A DNA stretch of 32,967 nucleotides from a virus. Lineage: Duplodnaviria > Caudoviricetes. A model generated the notes under the pieces. The model searched no databases. It was not told where the DNA came from and was given only the letters and a program-made list of their open reading frames with translations. This document shows, piece by piece, positions 15,875 through 24,378 of the stretch. The translations under genes were made by a program, and so were the position numbers. Position 1 is the first letter of the stretch, and each line of letters starts with the position of its first letter. Where the stretch lies: IMG/VR virus record IMGVR_UViG_3300029309_000171, positions 1 through 32,967 of that record. One strand, given 5' to 3'.

Positions 15875-18100
15875 ATGGCAACGTATGGATTAAAATTTGA
15901 GCTGTTTTTCCAAGACCTTGAGGACAGGAGATTTAAATTAGAATTTCACAAAAAAAATTACACTGGTGCTGTTTCAGCTTTAGTTGGAGGAGGTAATCCA
16001 GTTGAAATTGAGTGGTCTGGTGACGATGACATTTATTCACCAATCAGAGGCTCAAGATGTAAGATTAATTTAATGGTAACATCTACAACTTCTTACGATG
16101 CTTTTCATGAGGGAGATGAAAGAGAATATTTAGTTAAAGTTCTAAAGCATGACTCTTATGGTTATTTTTGGGAATCAGAACAGACAGAGTGGGAACTTGC
16201 CAACGCTAATTGGGATGAGGACACTGGAGGAGACTTTTTCTGGGAGCCTATATGGCAAGGTTATCTTGTTGTAGATAGATTTAAAGAGCAAATGATTCAC
16301 AAACCATTCCCAATAAAATTAGAGGCAATAGATGGACTTGGAACATTAGGAGGTTTTGATTCACCTTTTGACACTACAAATGTAACAGATGCTAAAAATT
16401 TATTTTACTACATAACAGAAATTCTAAAATTAACTGGACATGAGCATCATATTTATGTTGCCAATGAAATTAGAAAAGATGGAGGAGCAACCAATGACAC
16501 AATATTTCATGACATTGAGGTTAATCCATACGCTTTTTTTACTCCAAATTTGGTTTTAAGAAATGCTAAAGAAGTATTAGAGCAAATTCTAATGATTACA
16601 AATTCTAGGATTTATCATTCTTATGGACATTGGTATATTGTTAGTAATTCTAATTTAATAGAAAAAGACATTGACCAACTGGCTATCTGTCCAAGTGGAG
16701 CTGATATTGTAATTGACCCAGACCCAATAGGTGACCCAGCTGACACAATTCAAATTCCAGTTGTAAAAATTTTAACAAACAGTTCAGATGTTTCTTCGTT
16801 TACATACAGTGATGGACAAACAATATTTTTTCAAGGTAAAAATAATGGCTCTCCCCATACTTCTTACACTTTTGATGTAGATGGTTTTACAGTTAAAACA
16901 GGAGGAACAGAGACACCTAGATTAGATGTTAGAAACGCTAATTTTGCCCCAAATGGTTTAACTTCAGCCAATAATGGAGATGTTGTTAGAGTTACAATGA
17001 CAAACTCAGCTGGTTCTGATAATGACTCTGTTACTTTAGTTAGGACAACAGATGACCCTCCTCCTCCTCCGACTTGTCAATTAGATGGAAATATTACTTT
17101 TACCCCAACAATTTTTAGTAATTTAAATGCAAGAATAGAACCTACACAAGATGTCATTCCAATAACTGGCAGTGACAATGATAATAATGTAACTATTACT
17201 GGTAATTTTACTTTAATACCAAATGTAGATTTTCAACTACCAGCTATTTCTGATATACAAATCAGCGGTGTAACAATAGGCAGTAGTTTAACATCTTCTC
17301 AAATTACAGCAAACCCAGCAAACTCCAACGGAGTAATTACATATAATGTGAATCCAACTGTCACAGCAACTTGTGGCAGTAGTAATTATACTTTCACATT
17401 GTCTGGTGCCTCAAAACGTAAAGAATATACAACAACAATAACTTTTACAAACAGCTCATCTAATACCTCTTTAAGTGCCTCAAGTTTAACCTTTACAAAT
17501 CCAGCTGCACCCAATCCAGATGCTGACTTCGAGGGCACTGTTTTACTAAACACAAGCTCTGGTTTTTACTTTAACAGTTTGTCAGATATATCATTGGCGG
17601 TTGGAACTGGTATTATAAGTGTATCAAAAAGATTAGTTACAGAGAATCAAATCGAGATAAAAGTCTCTGGAATAGTTCCTTTTGGAACAACTGCAAACAG
17701 AACGGACACTGTAACAATTACAGGTACTCCTTTTAATGATGGTGATGCAACTGGCATAACTTCTGGTGTAACAATATCATCAGCTTTGACTTTGCCATTT
17801 TACGCTACAACAGCTTATACATTCCAATTTGTATCTAACCCTAATAATACAGCTCTGTTTAATGGTAGATTTAAAATTATAGCAACGGTCCATACAGGAG
17901 GAAACGCCAGAGTTGATTTTGTAACTATTTCACCAAGTCAAGGTAATGAGGCAACTAGGTTTATTAATATAACAGTAAGAACAAATCCAACAAACTCTCA
18001 AAGATTTGCTCTTATAAAATTTGTAACTTTGGATGAGTCAACAACCTTACATACTTTAACATTAACACAAAGAGGAATAAGTGTAGGTTTTGGACCTTAA
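15875..18100 (+). CDS. Tail-tip/hub protein with appended Ig-like domains and a terminal BACON-like domain
   Basis: Directly after TMP; W.G.L..D...E......P..I.LEAIDGLG.L N-terminal domain; Pro linkers; Thr-rich beta repeats; ends N.T...R.A.I......LTLTQ.G. Confidence 0.75.
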   Translation: MATYGLKFELFFQDLEDRRFKLEFHKKNYTGAVSALVGGGNPVEIEWSGDDDIYSPIRGSRCKINLMVTSTTSYDAFHEGDEREYLVKVLKHDSYGYFWESEQTEWELANANWDEDTGGDFFWEPIWQGYLVVDRFKEQMIHKPFPIKLEAIDGLGTLGGFDSPFDTTNVTDAKNLFYYITEILKLTGHEHHIYVANEIRKDGGATNDTIFHDIEVNPYAFFTPNLVLRNAKEVLEQILMITNSRIYHSYGHWYIVSNSNLIEKDIDQLAICPSGADIVIDPDPIGDPADTIQIPVVKILTNSSDVSSFTYSDGQTIFFQGKNNGSPHTSYTFDVDGFTVKTGGTETPRLDVRNANFAPNGLTSANNGDVVRVTMTNSAGSDNDSVTLVRTTDDPPPPPTCQLDGNITFTPTIFSNLNARIEPTQDVIPITGSDNDNNVTITGNFTLIPNVDFQLPAISDIQISGVTIGSSLTSSQITANPANSNGVITYNVNPTVTATCGSSNYTFTLSGASKRKEYTTTITFTNSSSNTSLSASSLTFTNPAAPNPDADFEGTVLLNTSSGFYFNSLSDISLAVGTGIISVSKRLVTENQIEIKVSGIVPFGTTANRTDTVTITGTPFNDGDATGITSGVTISSALTLPFYATTAYTFQFVSNPNNTALFNGRFKIIATVHTGGNARVDFVTISPSQGNEATRFINITVRTNPTNSQRFALIKFVTLDESTTLHTLTLTQRGISVGFGP

Positions 18101-18109
18101 AAAAATATT

Positions 18110-19378
18110 ATGGCAAATATTAAAAATAAACAATTAGAGTTTTTACAAGGCGGTCAAGAGAATATTGATTTTAAGGTTTTTGATGCTAATGGTACTTATT
18201 TAGACACTGAAACAGAAAACATTGCTAAGAAGGTCCCAGATAAAATTCAGCCTCTATATAAGGACCTAATTAAGCAATATGATAAACCATTAAAAAGAGT
18301 TAAAATTAGAACGAGATTAAATCGTTTAAGCATACAGAATAAAAATGCTCATTTCTTAATACCAGATTTAGACAATAGATTTATAATTCAACCAGTAACG
18401 TCTCCAACAATAAGTCAGATTCAATTAGATACAACTGAAAATGTCAGAGCTTTGTCTGGCAATAGATATTTTAAATCAAATGCGATTAGTCAAACTGGAG
18501 CTAATACAGCTTTAATATCATTAGACCAACAGCATAACGCTATAAAACAAAGGAAAGCTCTTAATGTAGGCTTTTCATATTATATAGAAACAACAGACCA
18601 CACTGAGAGTTATAAATTAAATCTTAAAGCCTCATTGGATGAAAGTTATAATGCTTCATCAGAATTAAAGCAATACAATTTCACGACTGATGAGTGGGAG
18701 GATTATCCAGCTAGTTCTGCAAATCAATCTATAAAAGAACAGCAAACATCAACCGTAAATGCTTGGGGTAAAATGACATGCGAAATAAAACCTTATTCGT
18801 CAAGCTCTGTTGACACTGATGTTTTTATAACAATTACAATTGACCAACCAATAAGAGTTGGACTTGGAGCTGGAGGCTTTAATAGGATTTATATTGATAA
18901 TTTTTACATTGCCGAGTCTTATGATTTAGAAGGAAATGAAATAGTTTCAACAAGAGAACAAATATCAAACAACGGTAATTTTAGCGGTGAGCATGAGGTA
19001 AAAGATTTAATTTTATCTAATGAAGGAGAAAACACTGATTTTTTTATTGGCAAAATAACAGGAGATTTTAAAAGAGAACGAGATTCAGTAAACAAAAAAT
19101 TAGAACAGCTAATTAGTGCCGAAATGATGAACGACAATCGTAGGCATTTAACAAGATATGAAGGAACATTTAGAGATAAATCTGGTTTTGATGGTGACCC
19201 AATAGGATTTCATAACAAGCTCCATGTAGATTTTGGAAATGATGTTTATCAAGATTTCCAGAGCTGTTATATAGATTCAATGAGGTACAACATCCGTAAA
19301 GCTGAAGTTGACGTTTCTATGCACGTCTCCAACCAAGATTGTGACGTAACAACAACTTATGTAACTGTTTTTGATTAA
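18110..19378 (+). CDS. Tail-tip protein, last gene of the late operon
   Basis: 422-aa ORF; central beta-sandwich-like region (W.K...EI...IYIDNF) suggests a carbohydrate-binding module. Confidence 0.7.
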   Translation: MANIKNKQLEFLQGGQENIDFKVFDANGTYLDTETENIAKKVPDKIQPLYKDLIKQYDKPLKRVKIRTRLNRLSIQNKNAHFLIPDLDNRFIIQPVTSPTISQIQLDTTENVRALSGNRYFKSNAISQTGANTALISLDQQHNAIKQRKALNVGFSYYIETTDHTESYKLNLKASLDESYNASSELKQYNFTTDEWEDYPASSANQSIKEQQTSTVNAWGKMTCEIKPYSSSSVDTDVFITITIDQPIRVGLGAGGFNRIYIDNFYIAESYDLEGNEIVSTREQISNNGNFSGEHEVKDLILSNEGENTDFFIGKITGDFKRERDSVNKKLEQLISAEMMNDNRRHLTRYEGTFRDKSGFDGDPIGFHNKLHVDFGNDVYQDFQSCYIDSMRYNIRKAEVDVSMHVSNQDCDVTTTYVTVFD

Positions 19379-19407
19379 ATATTAACAACTCCCTTTTGTT
19401 GTTTCCG

Positions 19408-19446
19408 ACCCATTGCTTATTGCTAACCATAAGTGATGGGTTTTTT
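19408..19446 (+). terminator. Intrinsic terminator ending the late operon
   Basis: ACCCATTGCTTAT-8 nt loop-ATAAGTGATGGGT plus T-run. Confidence 0.8.
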
Positions 19447-19478
19447 GCATAAAAAAAGGGTAATTAGAGGGGGAGTAA

Positions 19479-19784
19479 TTAAAATTTTGTTCTTTTTACT
19501 TTAGGTTTTAGAGGTTCAACATATCCTTTTGTAATATTCCCTTTAGTGTTAATTTCTACATCTACAAAAGTAGTTCTAACTTCTACTGAATATTTACCTA
19601 GAAACTCTTTGTATTGACCTATTAATAAACTTATATGACCTTTTTTATAAAGATATAACACACTTACTTTTATTTTATTCCATTCAGTTTTATTGTATTT
19701 TTTTACTAAAGTAGTAATGCTATTAACAGTAGATTTTTGATTTTTTGTCATTTTATCTATTGCTTCTTTTTGTAAATCTGTCAT
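19479..19784 (-). CDS. Hypothetical basic protein, about 101 aa
   Basis: Start reassigned to MTDLQKE (19784), where the repeated leader ends; the track's upstream extension is AT-rich intergenic DNA. Confidence 0.75.
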   Translation of the reverse strand: MTDLQKEAIDKMTKNQKSTVNSITTLVKKYNKTEWNKIKVSVLYLYKKGHISLLIGQYKEFLGKYSVEVRTTFVDVEINTKGNITKGYVEPLKPKVKRTKF

Positions 19785-19848
19785 TTTTATAGTTTTAAAT
19801 TTCAGTAAATATATATAAAAAATATTTAATACCAAAAATATTTTATAC
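19782..19848 (-). promoter_or_regulatory. Repeated leftward promoter/leader, copy 3
   Basis: 37-bp exact match to 570-606, then similar sequence out to TATAC. Confidence 0.75.
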
Positions 19849-19941
19849 TTTTTTTTAAAAATAAATTTTATAGTAAATTTTTCTTTTATTAAATAATTTT
19901 TATATAACTTCGTAAAAGTATTAACAATAAAATTAAATAAT

Positions 19942-20217
19942 ATGAATTTACTAATAGGTAACTTAAGCAATAATCCATATCTAACCTACGAGGTTGAAGA
20001 TAGTGGAACAGTGTCTGTGTTTTTTAAATCACCAGACAACTTAATTGAAAATCGAGTTTTGATTTGCAGCATACAGGCTGATGACGGAGAATATTTTAAA
20101 CAAATTAGGTTTAATGGTCTTGAAGATGATTATCCTTTTTGCCCAGAAGTAAAGGTCTCTGAGGAGTTTGTTTCATTTGGTAACAAAGTGATTCAAAAGG
20201 AAAAAGGATTAGTGTGA
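19942..20217 (+). CDS. Hypothetical protein, 91 aa, first rightward early gene
   Basis: ATG with an A-rich leader; TAACTTCG at 19905-19912 upstream. Confidence 0.75.
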   Translation: MNLLIGNLSNNPYLTYEVEDSGTVSVFFKSPDNLIENRVLICSIQADDGEYFKQIRFNGLEDDYPFCPEVKVSEEFVSFGNKVIQKEKGLV

Positions 20218-20240
20218 TTGGATTGAAGTGTTTTTCATTT

Positions 20241-20266
20241 TGGGGAGTGTAAAAGCTCCCCATTTT
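20241..20266 (+). terminator. GC-rich hairpin (terminator or processing signal)
   Basis: TGGGGAGT-gtaaaa-GCTCCCCA-TTTT. Confidence 0.65.
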
Positions 20267-20278
20267 AAAGTAAATAAT

Positions 20279-20530
20279 ATGACAATAAACAAATCAGATT
20301 TTGACAAACCACTTAGCCAAGTGAATAAAAGTATCGAGGCTAAAAAAAGAAAAAATAAAATTACAGACCATAAGTTTGAAAATGCCTTCATCAATCCTAT
20401 AAAAAAGGGTAAAAATGATTTGGACGTAAAACTTAGAAATCTTAATATTTTTGAAAAAGATATTATAGTAGAAAACAACATCAAATTAATTTTAAAAGAT
20501 GTTGACAGGATTAAAGATGCTGGATTGTAA
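20279..20530 (+). CDS. Hypothetical protein, about 83 aa
   Basis: Start reassigned to MTINKS, downstream of the hairpin. Confidence 0.65.
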   Translation: MTINKSDFDKPLSQVNKSIEAKKRKNKITDHKFENAFINPIKKGKNDLDVKLRNLNIFEKDIIVENNIKLILKDVDRIKDAGL

Positions 20531-20560
20531 TTTCATTAGTTTTAGATAAATTTTCTTAAC

Positions 20561-20586
20561 AGGGAGAGTCCCAGCATCCTCTCCCT
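20561..20586 (+). promoter_or_regulatory. Intergenic hairpin before the HTH gene
   Basis: AGGGAGAG-tcccagcatc-CTCTCCCT. Confidence 0.6.
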
Positions 20587-20604
20587 TATTAAACAAAAAT
20601 AAAT

Positions 20605-20799
20605 ATGGCAAAAACATTTAAACAAAAATTTGAATTAGAACTGGAAAGTAAATCAATTAATAAAGAACATATTATAAAACTGTTAAAGATTACAAGACCA
20701 ACTCTAATGTCTCGATTAGCAAATCCAAAAACTTGGACCTTAGGAGAGATGATTAAAATAGATAAAAAATATCAAATCAATATAAATCAAATTGTATGA
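20605..20799 (+). CDS. Small Cro-like helix-turn-helix protein
   Basis: I.K..I..LL.ITRPTL..RL.NP..WTL.E pattern. Confidence 0.7.
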   Translation: MAKTFKQKFELELESKSINKEHIIKLLKITRPTLMSRLANPKTWTLGEMIKIDKKYQININQIV

Positions 20800-21008
20800 G
20801 TAAACCAGAGAGTAAAATATTTAACGACTTTATGAAATTAGATTTGAAGTCAATTGACATAAATACCCAAACCGTTTATAAAGAAATATGTGAAGATGAA
20901 CGACATGGGGAAAAATTATCAGATAAAGAGTTTGAAGAAAAATTAGTTGACAAAACTGTGGTTCTGATGAGAGCTAAATTAAAAGTAAAACAAATAATAA
21001 ATAAATAA
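20796..21008 (+). CDS. Hypothetical protein, 70 aa
   Basis: ATGA overlap with the upstream gene. Confidence 0.7.
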   Translation: MSKPESKIFNDFMKLDLKSIDINTQTVYKEICEDERHGEKLSDKEFEEKLVDKTVVLMRAKLKVKQIINK

Positions 21009-21014
21009 ATAGAT

Positions 21015-21359
21015 ATGAATATATTAAAAAATGCAAAAGTAACAGAGGTTATAAAACCAAAAATGATAAACACTAAAGATGGACAAAAAAAAGTTTCTGG
21101 ATTAGTGTTAGAAGAAACATTTACATCTAAAGAAGGTAAAGAAATTAAAAAATATTTAAAACTAGATTTTTGGGAGGATGACTCAAAACTTTTACAAGAC
21201 GTTAAAGTCGGACAAATTTATGGTGAAGTAAAAGCTAATGTTAAGAGCAGGAAGGCTAAAGATGGTAATTGGTACACATCAGCGACACCAATTCAATTTG
21301 AGGAGGCGGTTGTAGTTGAAACTGTAAGCTCAGAGGTTGATGATGATTTACCATTTTAA
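21015..21359 (+). CDS. Single-stranded DNA-binding protein, DUF3127-like OB fold
   Basis: FWED...L...KVGQ...V.ANVKSR....NWYTS pattern and acidic DDDLPF C-terminus. Confidence 0.8.
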   Translation: MNILKNAKVTEVIKPKMINTKDGQKKVSGLVLEETFTSKEGKEIKKYLKLDFWEDDSKLLQDVKVGQIYGEVKANVKSRKAKDGNWYTSATPIQFEEAVVVETVSSEVDDDLPF

Positions 21360-21375
21360 TTAATAATCAATAATC

Positions 21376-21399
21376 AAAGGGACTTAATTGTCCCTTTTT
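21376..21399 (+). terminator. Intrinsic terminator after the SSB gene
   Basis: AAAGGGAC-ttaatt-GTCCCTTTTT. Confidence 0.8.
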
Positions 21400-21411
21400 A
21401 AATTTTATATT

Positions 21412-21657
21412 ATGACTTATATATATGATAGAGAACAGACTGAAGAGGATAGGTTTAAAACTGAGCAAATCAAAGCACTAACAGAGGCTTATCAAAGTCT
21501 AAAGAAAAAAAACAAAATACAAGAGCAAGAAATCAACGAGCTTGTTACAATCAAGGTTGGTCAAAATACAATCATTTCTAAACAGGAAAGAGATATTGCA
21601 ATTTTACAAAGAGAAGTAAGAGAACTAAAAAACAAATTAAATGGAGAAGAAGTTTGA
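21412..21657 (+). CDS. Coiled-coil hypothetical protein, about 81 aa
   Basis: Start MTYIYD; heptad pattern. Confidence 0.7.
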   Translation: MTYIYDREQTEEDRFKTEQIKALTEAYQSLKKKNKIQEQEINELVTIKVGQNTIISKQERDIAILQREVRELKNKLNGEEV

Positions 21658-22402
21658 TTCAAATGAGCAGTATCATTCTTATGATTCTATTTCTGCAAGT
21701 GGATTAAAATACATTGCAGAATATCCGATTGAGAAGTTTCTATCTAAAGAGAATATAACAACACCAGCTATGGCTCTGGGTTCTGCAACTCATGAGGCAG
21801 TTTATCAACCTCAAGTTTTTTATAAAAATTATTATCCTATGCCTAAACTTGATTTAAGGTATAAGGAAAATAAAATATTAAAGGCTGAACATGAGGACAA
21901 GGCGGCTGGTAAGACAGTTATTGATGAAGTTGATTTTAACAGAATCATTGAGATGATGAAAAAAACCAACGAGCATAAACTCGCAAAAAAATATCTTAAT
22001 GGTATTATAGAACAGTCTCATTATTTTAAGTGGGGGGGGGTGGATTGTAGATGCAGACCAGACTGCTTAGAACCAGTTGACAAATGGATTTCTGATTTAA
22101 AAACAATAAGAGAAATAAAACACTCATCTATACCTAATGAAATATATAATCGTAATTATGATTTACAGGCTTACGCTTACTGTCTATGGCTTGATATTCC
22201 TCTAGAAAATTTTAGATTTATTTTTGTTGAGACCGCAGCTCCATATCAAGTTGAGGTGATTGCACTTAGCGAAAAGCAAATGGAATATGGACAAAGGAAA
22301 TTTGAAGATGCATTTGATAAATGGTCCGAATATAAAAAGACAGGAAAAACAACAGGAGTAAGAGCTAAGGGTTATGCTCCAGATGGAGCTAAGATTCTAT
22401 GA
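21641..22402 (+). CDS. RecE / exonuclease VIII-like PD-(D/E)XK nuclease (DUF3799-like)
   Basis: NE.YH...ISASGLK, GSA.H, CRCRPD, DLKT and Y.LQA..Y motifs. Confidence 0.88.
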   Translation: MEKKFDSNEQYHSYDSISASGLKYIAEYPIEKFLSKENITTPAMALGSATHEAVYQPQVFYKNYYPMPKLDLRYKENKILKAEHEDKAAGKTVIDEVDFNRIIEMMKKTNEHKLAKKYLNGIIEQSHYFKWGGVDCRCRPDCLEPVDKWISDLKTIREIKHSSIPNEIYNRNYDLQAYAYCLWLDIPLENFRFIFVETAAPYQVEVIALSEKQMEYGQRKFEDAFDKWSEYKKTGKTTGVRAKGYAPDGAKIL

Positions 22403-23055
22403 CAGCTAATCTTGATTTAGAAAATATCAAAAATGCAACTGAATTTGTTTGCAATGTTGATGTATTAACTAAAACACGCAAGTCAGAATTTGTTATAGCT
22501 AGAAAAATATTTGCAATTGTATGTCGACAATATACAGACCGAACATTATATGAGATAGCTGACTATATAAAAAAAGACCATGCTACAATTTTACATTATG
22601 AGAAAACCTACAAGAATTGGGTTTTTGCTCCAAAGGTTTATAATAAAGAGCTAAATTTGTTAGAAACAGTAAAAGAAAAAATTAAATTGAATCCTTTTGA
22701 CAAATATTTAACTAAAGAAGATAAGTTGCAAAATTCAGTTATTAATTATATTAAAGTTAAATATCCAAATGTTTTAGCAGCACATATTCCAAATGAGGGC
22801 AAAAGAACTCCTTTTGAAAGATATAAATTAAAATATCTTGGAGCTGTAGCTGGAATGCCAGATATTATGATTTTTCATAAAAACTCAAAATACTGCGGTC
22901 TAGCGATAGAACTCAAGGTAGGATATAACAAACCTACTGAAAACCAAGAAAGTTGCTTAAAACGCCTTAAAAAGGCAAAATGGAGGGCAGAATGGTCCAA
23001 CAACTTAGATGATGTTTTACTATTAATTGATAATTACATGAAAGATGGCAAATGA
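22399..23055 (+). CDS. Fusion of a DnaA domain IV-like HTH and a VRR-NUC nuclease
   Basis: N-terminal R....V.AR.I......T...L.EIA...KKDHATILH; C-terminal E..LQ...HIPNEG.R...G..AG.PD....IELK....P...Q. Confidence 0.8.
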   Translation: MTANLDLENIKNATEFVCNVDVLTKTRKSEFVIARKIFAIVCRQYTDRTLYEIADYIKKDHATILHYEKTYKNWVFAPKVYNKELNLLETVKEKIKLNPFDKYLTKEDKLQNSVINYIKVKYPNVLAAHIPNEGKRTPFERYKLKYLGAVAGMPDIMIFHKNSKYCGLAIELKVGYNKPTENQESCLKRLKKAKWRAEWSNNLDDVLLLIDNYMKDGK

Positions 23056-23290
23056 GAAAAAAGTTTATTGGAATGATACATCTCAGAGAATAAGGTGGAC
23101 AACAAATAGCACTTATGATGACTTATATCAATATAATTATGTTGGTTTAATGAATCGTATAGAGTTTGATTTACTGATTGAGGCACTATTTGAAAAACAT
23201 GGAGATGATGAAATCACCAAAGAAGATTTCAAACAAATGTTTGATGAGATTAGAAAGTTCTGCGATAAAATTAAAGGAGCTGTTGAATAA
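23045..23290 (+). CDS. Hypothetical protein, 81 aa
   Basis: Overlapping ORF within the replication operon. Confidence 0.75.
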   Translation: MANEKKVYWNDTSQRIRWTTNSTYDDLYQYNYVGLMNRIEFDLLIEALFEKHGDDEITKEDFKQMFDEIRKFCDKIKGAVE

Positions 23291-23956
23291 ATGAAAAAAA
23301 ATTATTACGCTGTCATACCAGCATCAGTAAGGTATGATGAAAATTTAAAACCAAATGCTAAATTAATGTACGGAGAGATTACTGCCTTATGTAACGAAAA
23401 AGGTTTCTGTTGGGCAACTAATACATATTTTGCTCAATTGTATAAAGTAAATCCATCAACAGTCTCAAGATGGATTAAACAATTAGAAAAAAATAAGCAT
23501 ATAAAAATTAAAACAATAAAAGACGAATATAACTCTGAAAGGAGATTGCTTTTTTGTAGGGGGGGGGTCACAAAAAAATCAAGGGGGTATGACGAAAAAG
23601 TCAAAGTAATATATAATAATAATATTAATAATATAAATAATAATAGTGCAAAGTCTAAAAAATTAAAATCTGAGTCTGACTTTGCCTCTATAATTTTAGA
23701 TTCTTATAATCATTTGTGCCAATTATTTCCAGAATCAAGTCACCCTAAAACAAATTCTCAAAAAATACAGTGGCTTGAAACAATTGACCAGTGTAACAGA
23801 CTAGACAAAATAGACCCTAGACAACTTTGGAATCTATGTAAAAAAGCTAGAGAAGATGATTTTTGGCAACAAAACTTTTTATCACTTGTTGGAATTAGAA
23901 TAAAAAAGAATGGCGTTTCAAAACTAGATAGATTTAAAAATCAATTTAAGGTATGA
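23291..23956 (+). CDS. Replication initiator / replisome organiser with an N-terminal HTH
   Basis: YYAVIPA.VRYD..L...AKL.YGEITAL.N..G.CWA.N.YFA.LY.V...TVSRWI..L. Confidence 0.88.
   Translation: MKKNYYAVIPASVRYDENLKPNAKLMYGEITALCNEKGFCWATNTYFAQLYKVNPSTVSRWIKQLEKNKHIKIKTIKDEYNSERRLLFCRGGVTKKSRGYDEKVKVIYNNNINNINNNSAKSKKLKSESDFASIILDSYNHLCQLFPESSHPKTNSQKIQWLETIDQCNRLDKIDPRQLWNLCKKAREDDFWQQNFLSLVGIRIKKNGVSKLDRFKNQFKV
23559..23645. other. Putative replication origin inside the initiator gene
   Basis: Two iteron-like repeats (GGGGGTCACAAAAAAATCAA and GGGGGTATGACGAAAAAGTCAA), then a pure A/T tract at about 23607-23645. Confidence 0.55.
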
Positions 23957-24378
23957 TAAAACATAAAAACAGAATTAAACAAGTTATTGACTTTTCTGGA
24001 GTTGGTGATTCTAAAATTCATCCAACAGACATTGATGCAGTTTTAGAGTTTGACGATAAAATTTTATTGTTATTTGAGGTAAAATATAAAGGCTTAGAAG
24101 CACCATTAGGACAGCAAATCCTTTTTAGTAGAATTGCGGACTGTTGGCAAAGTGTCAAACAAGAGGCTTTCGTCATCTACTGCGAACATGAAACGAAGTC
24201 CAGTGAAATCGTAAATCTGTATAACACCAGAGTTGTTTCTGTCTATCATAAAAAAATAAAACATAAGCAAGATTGTAATTTATTTGAATTTTTGAATAAA
24301 ATTGCAAATCATTATAAAATAACAAAACTAATCAAATCTTTAAACCATGATAAACGAATTTTTAAATCTAGGCATTGA
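23953..24378 (+). CDS. PD-(D/E)XK-like nuclease-fold protein
   Basis: PTDIDAVLE......LFEVK.......GQ motif. Confidence 0.65.
   Translation: MIKHKNRIKQVIDFSGVGDSKIHPTDIDAVLEFDDKILLLFEVKYKGLEAPLGQQILFSRIADCWQSVKQEAFVIYCEHETKSSEIVNLYNTRVVSVYHKKIKHKQDCNLFEFLNKIANHYKITKLIKSLNHDKRIFKSRH

Noticed and set aside
19388-19476. Larger structured ncRNA around the late terminator (ACTCCC...GGGAGT outer stem)
   Set aside because: The outer pairing is short and G-U rich; a terminator between convergent genes explains the region
19785-19970. N-terminal extension of the 163-aa minus-strand ORF
   Set aside because: It translates the AT-rich divergent promoter region; the repeated leader marks 19784 as the start
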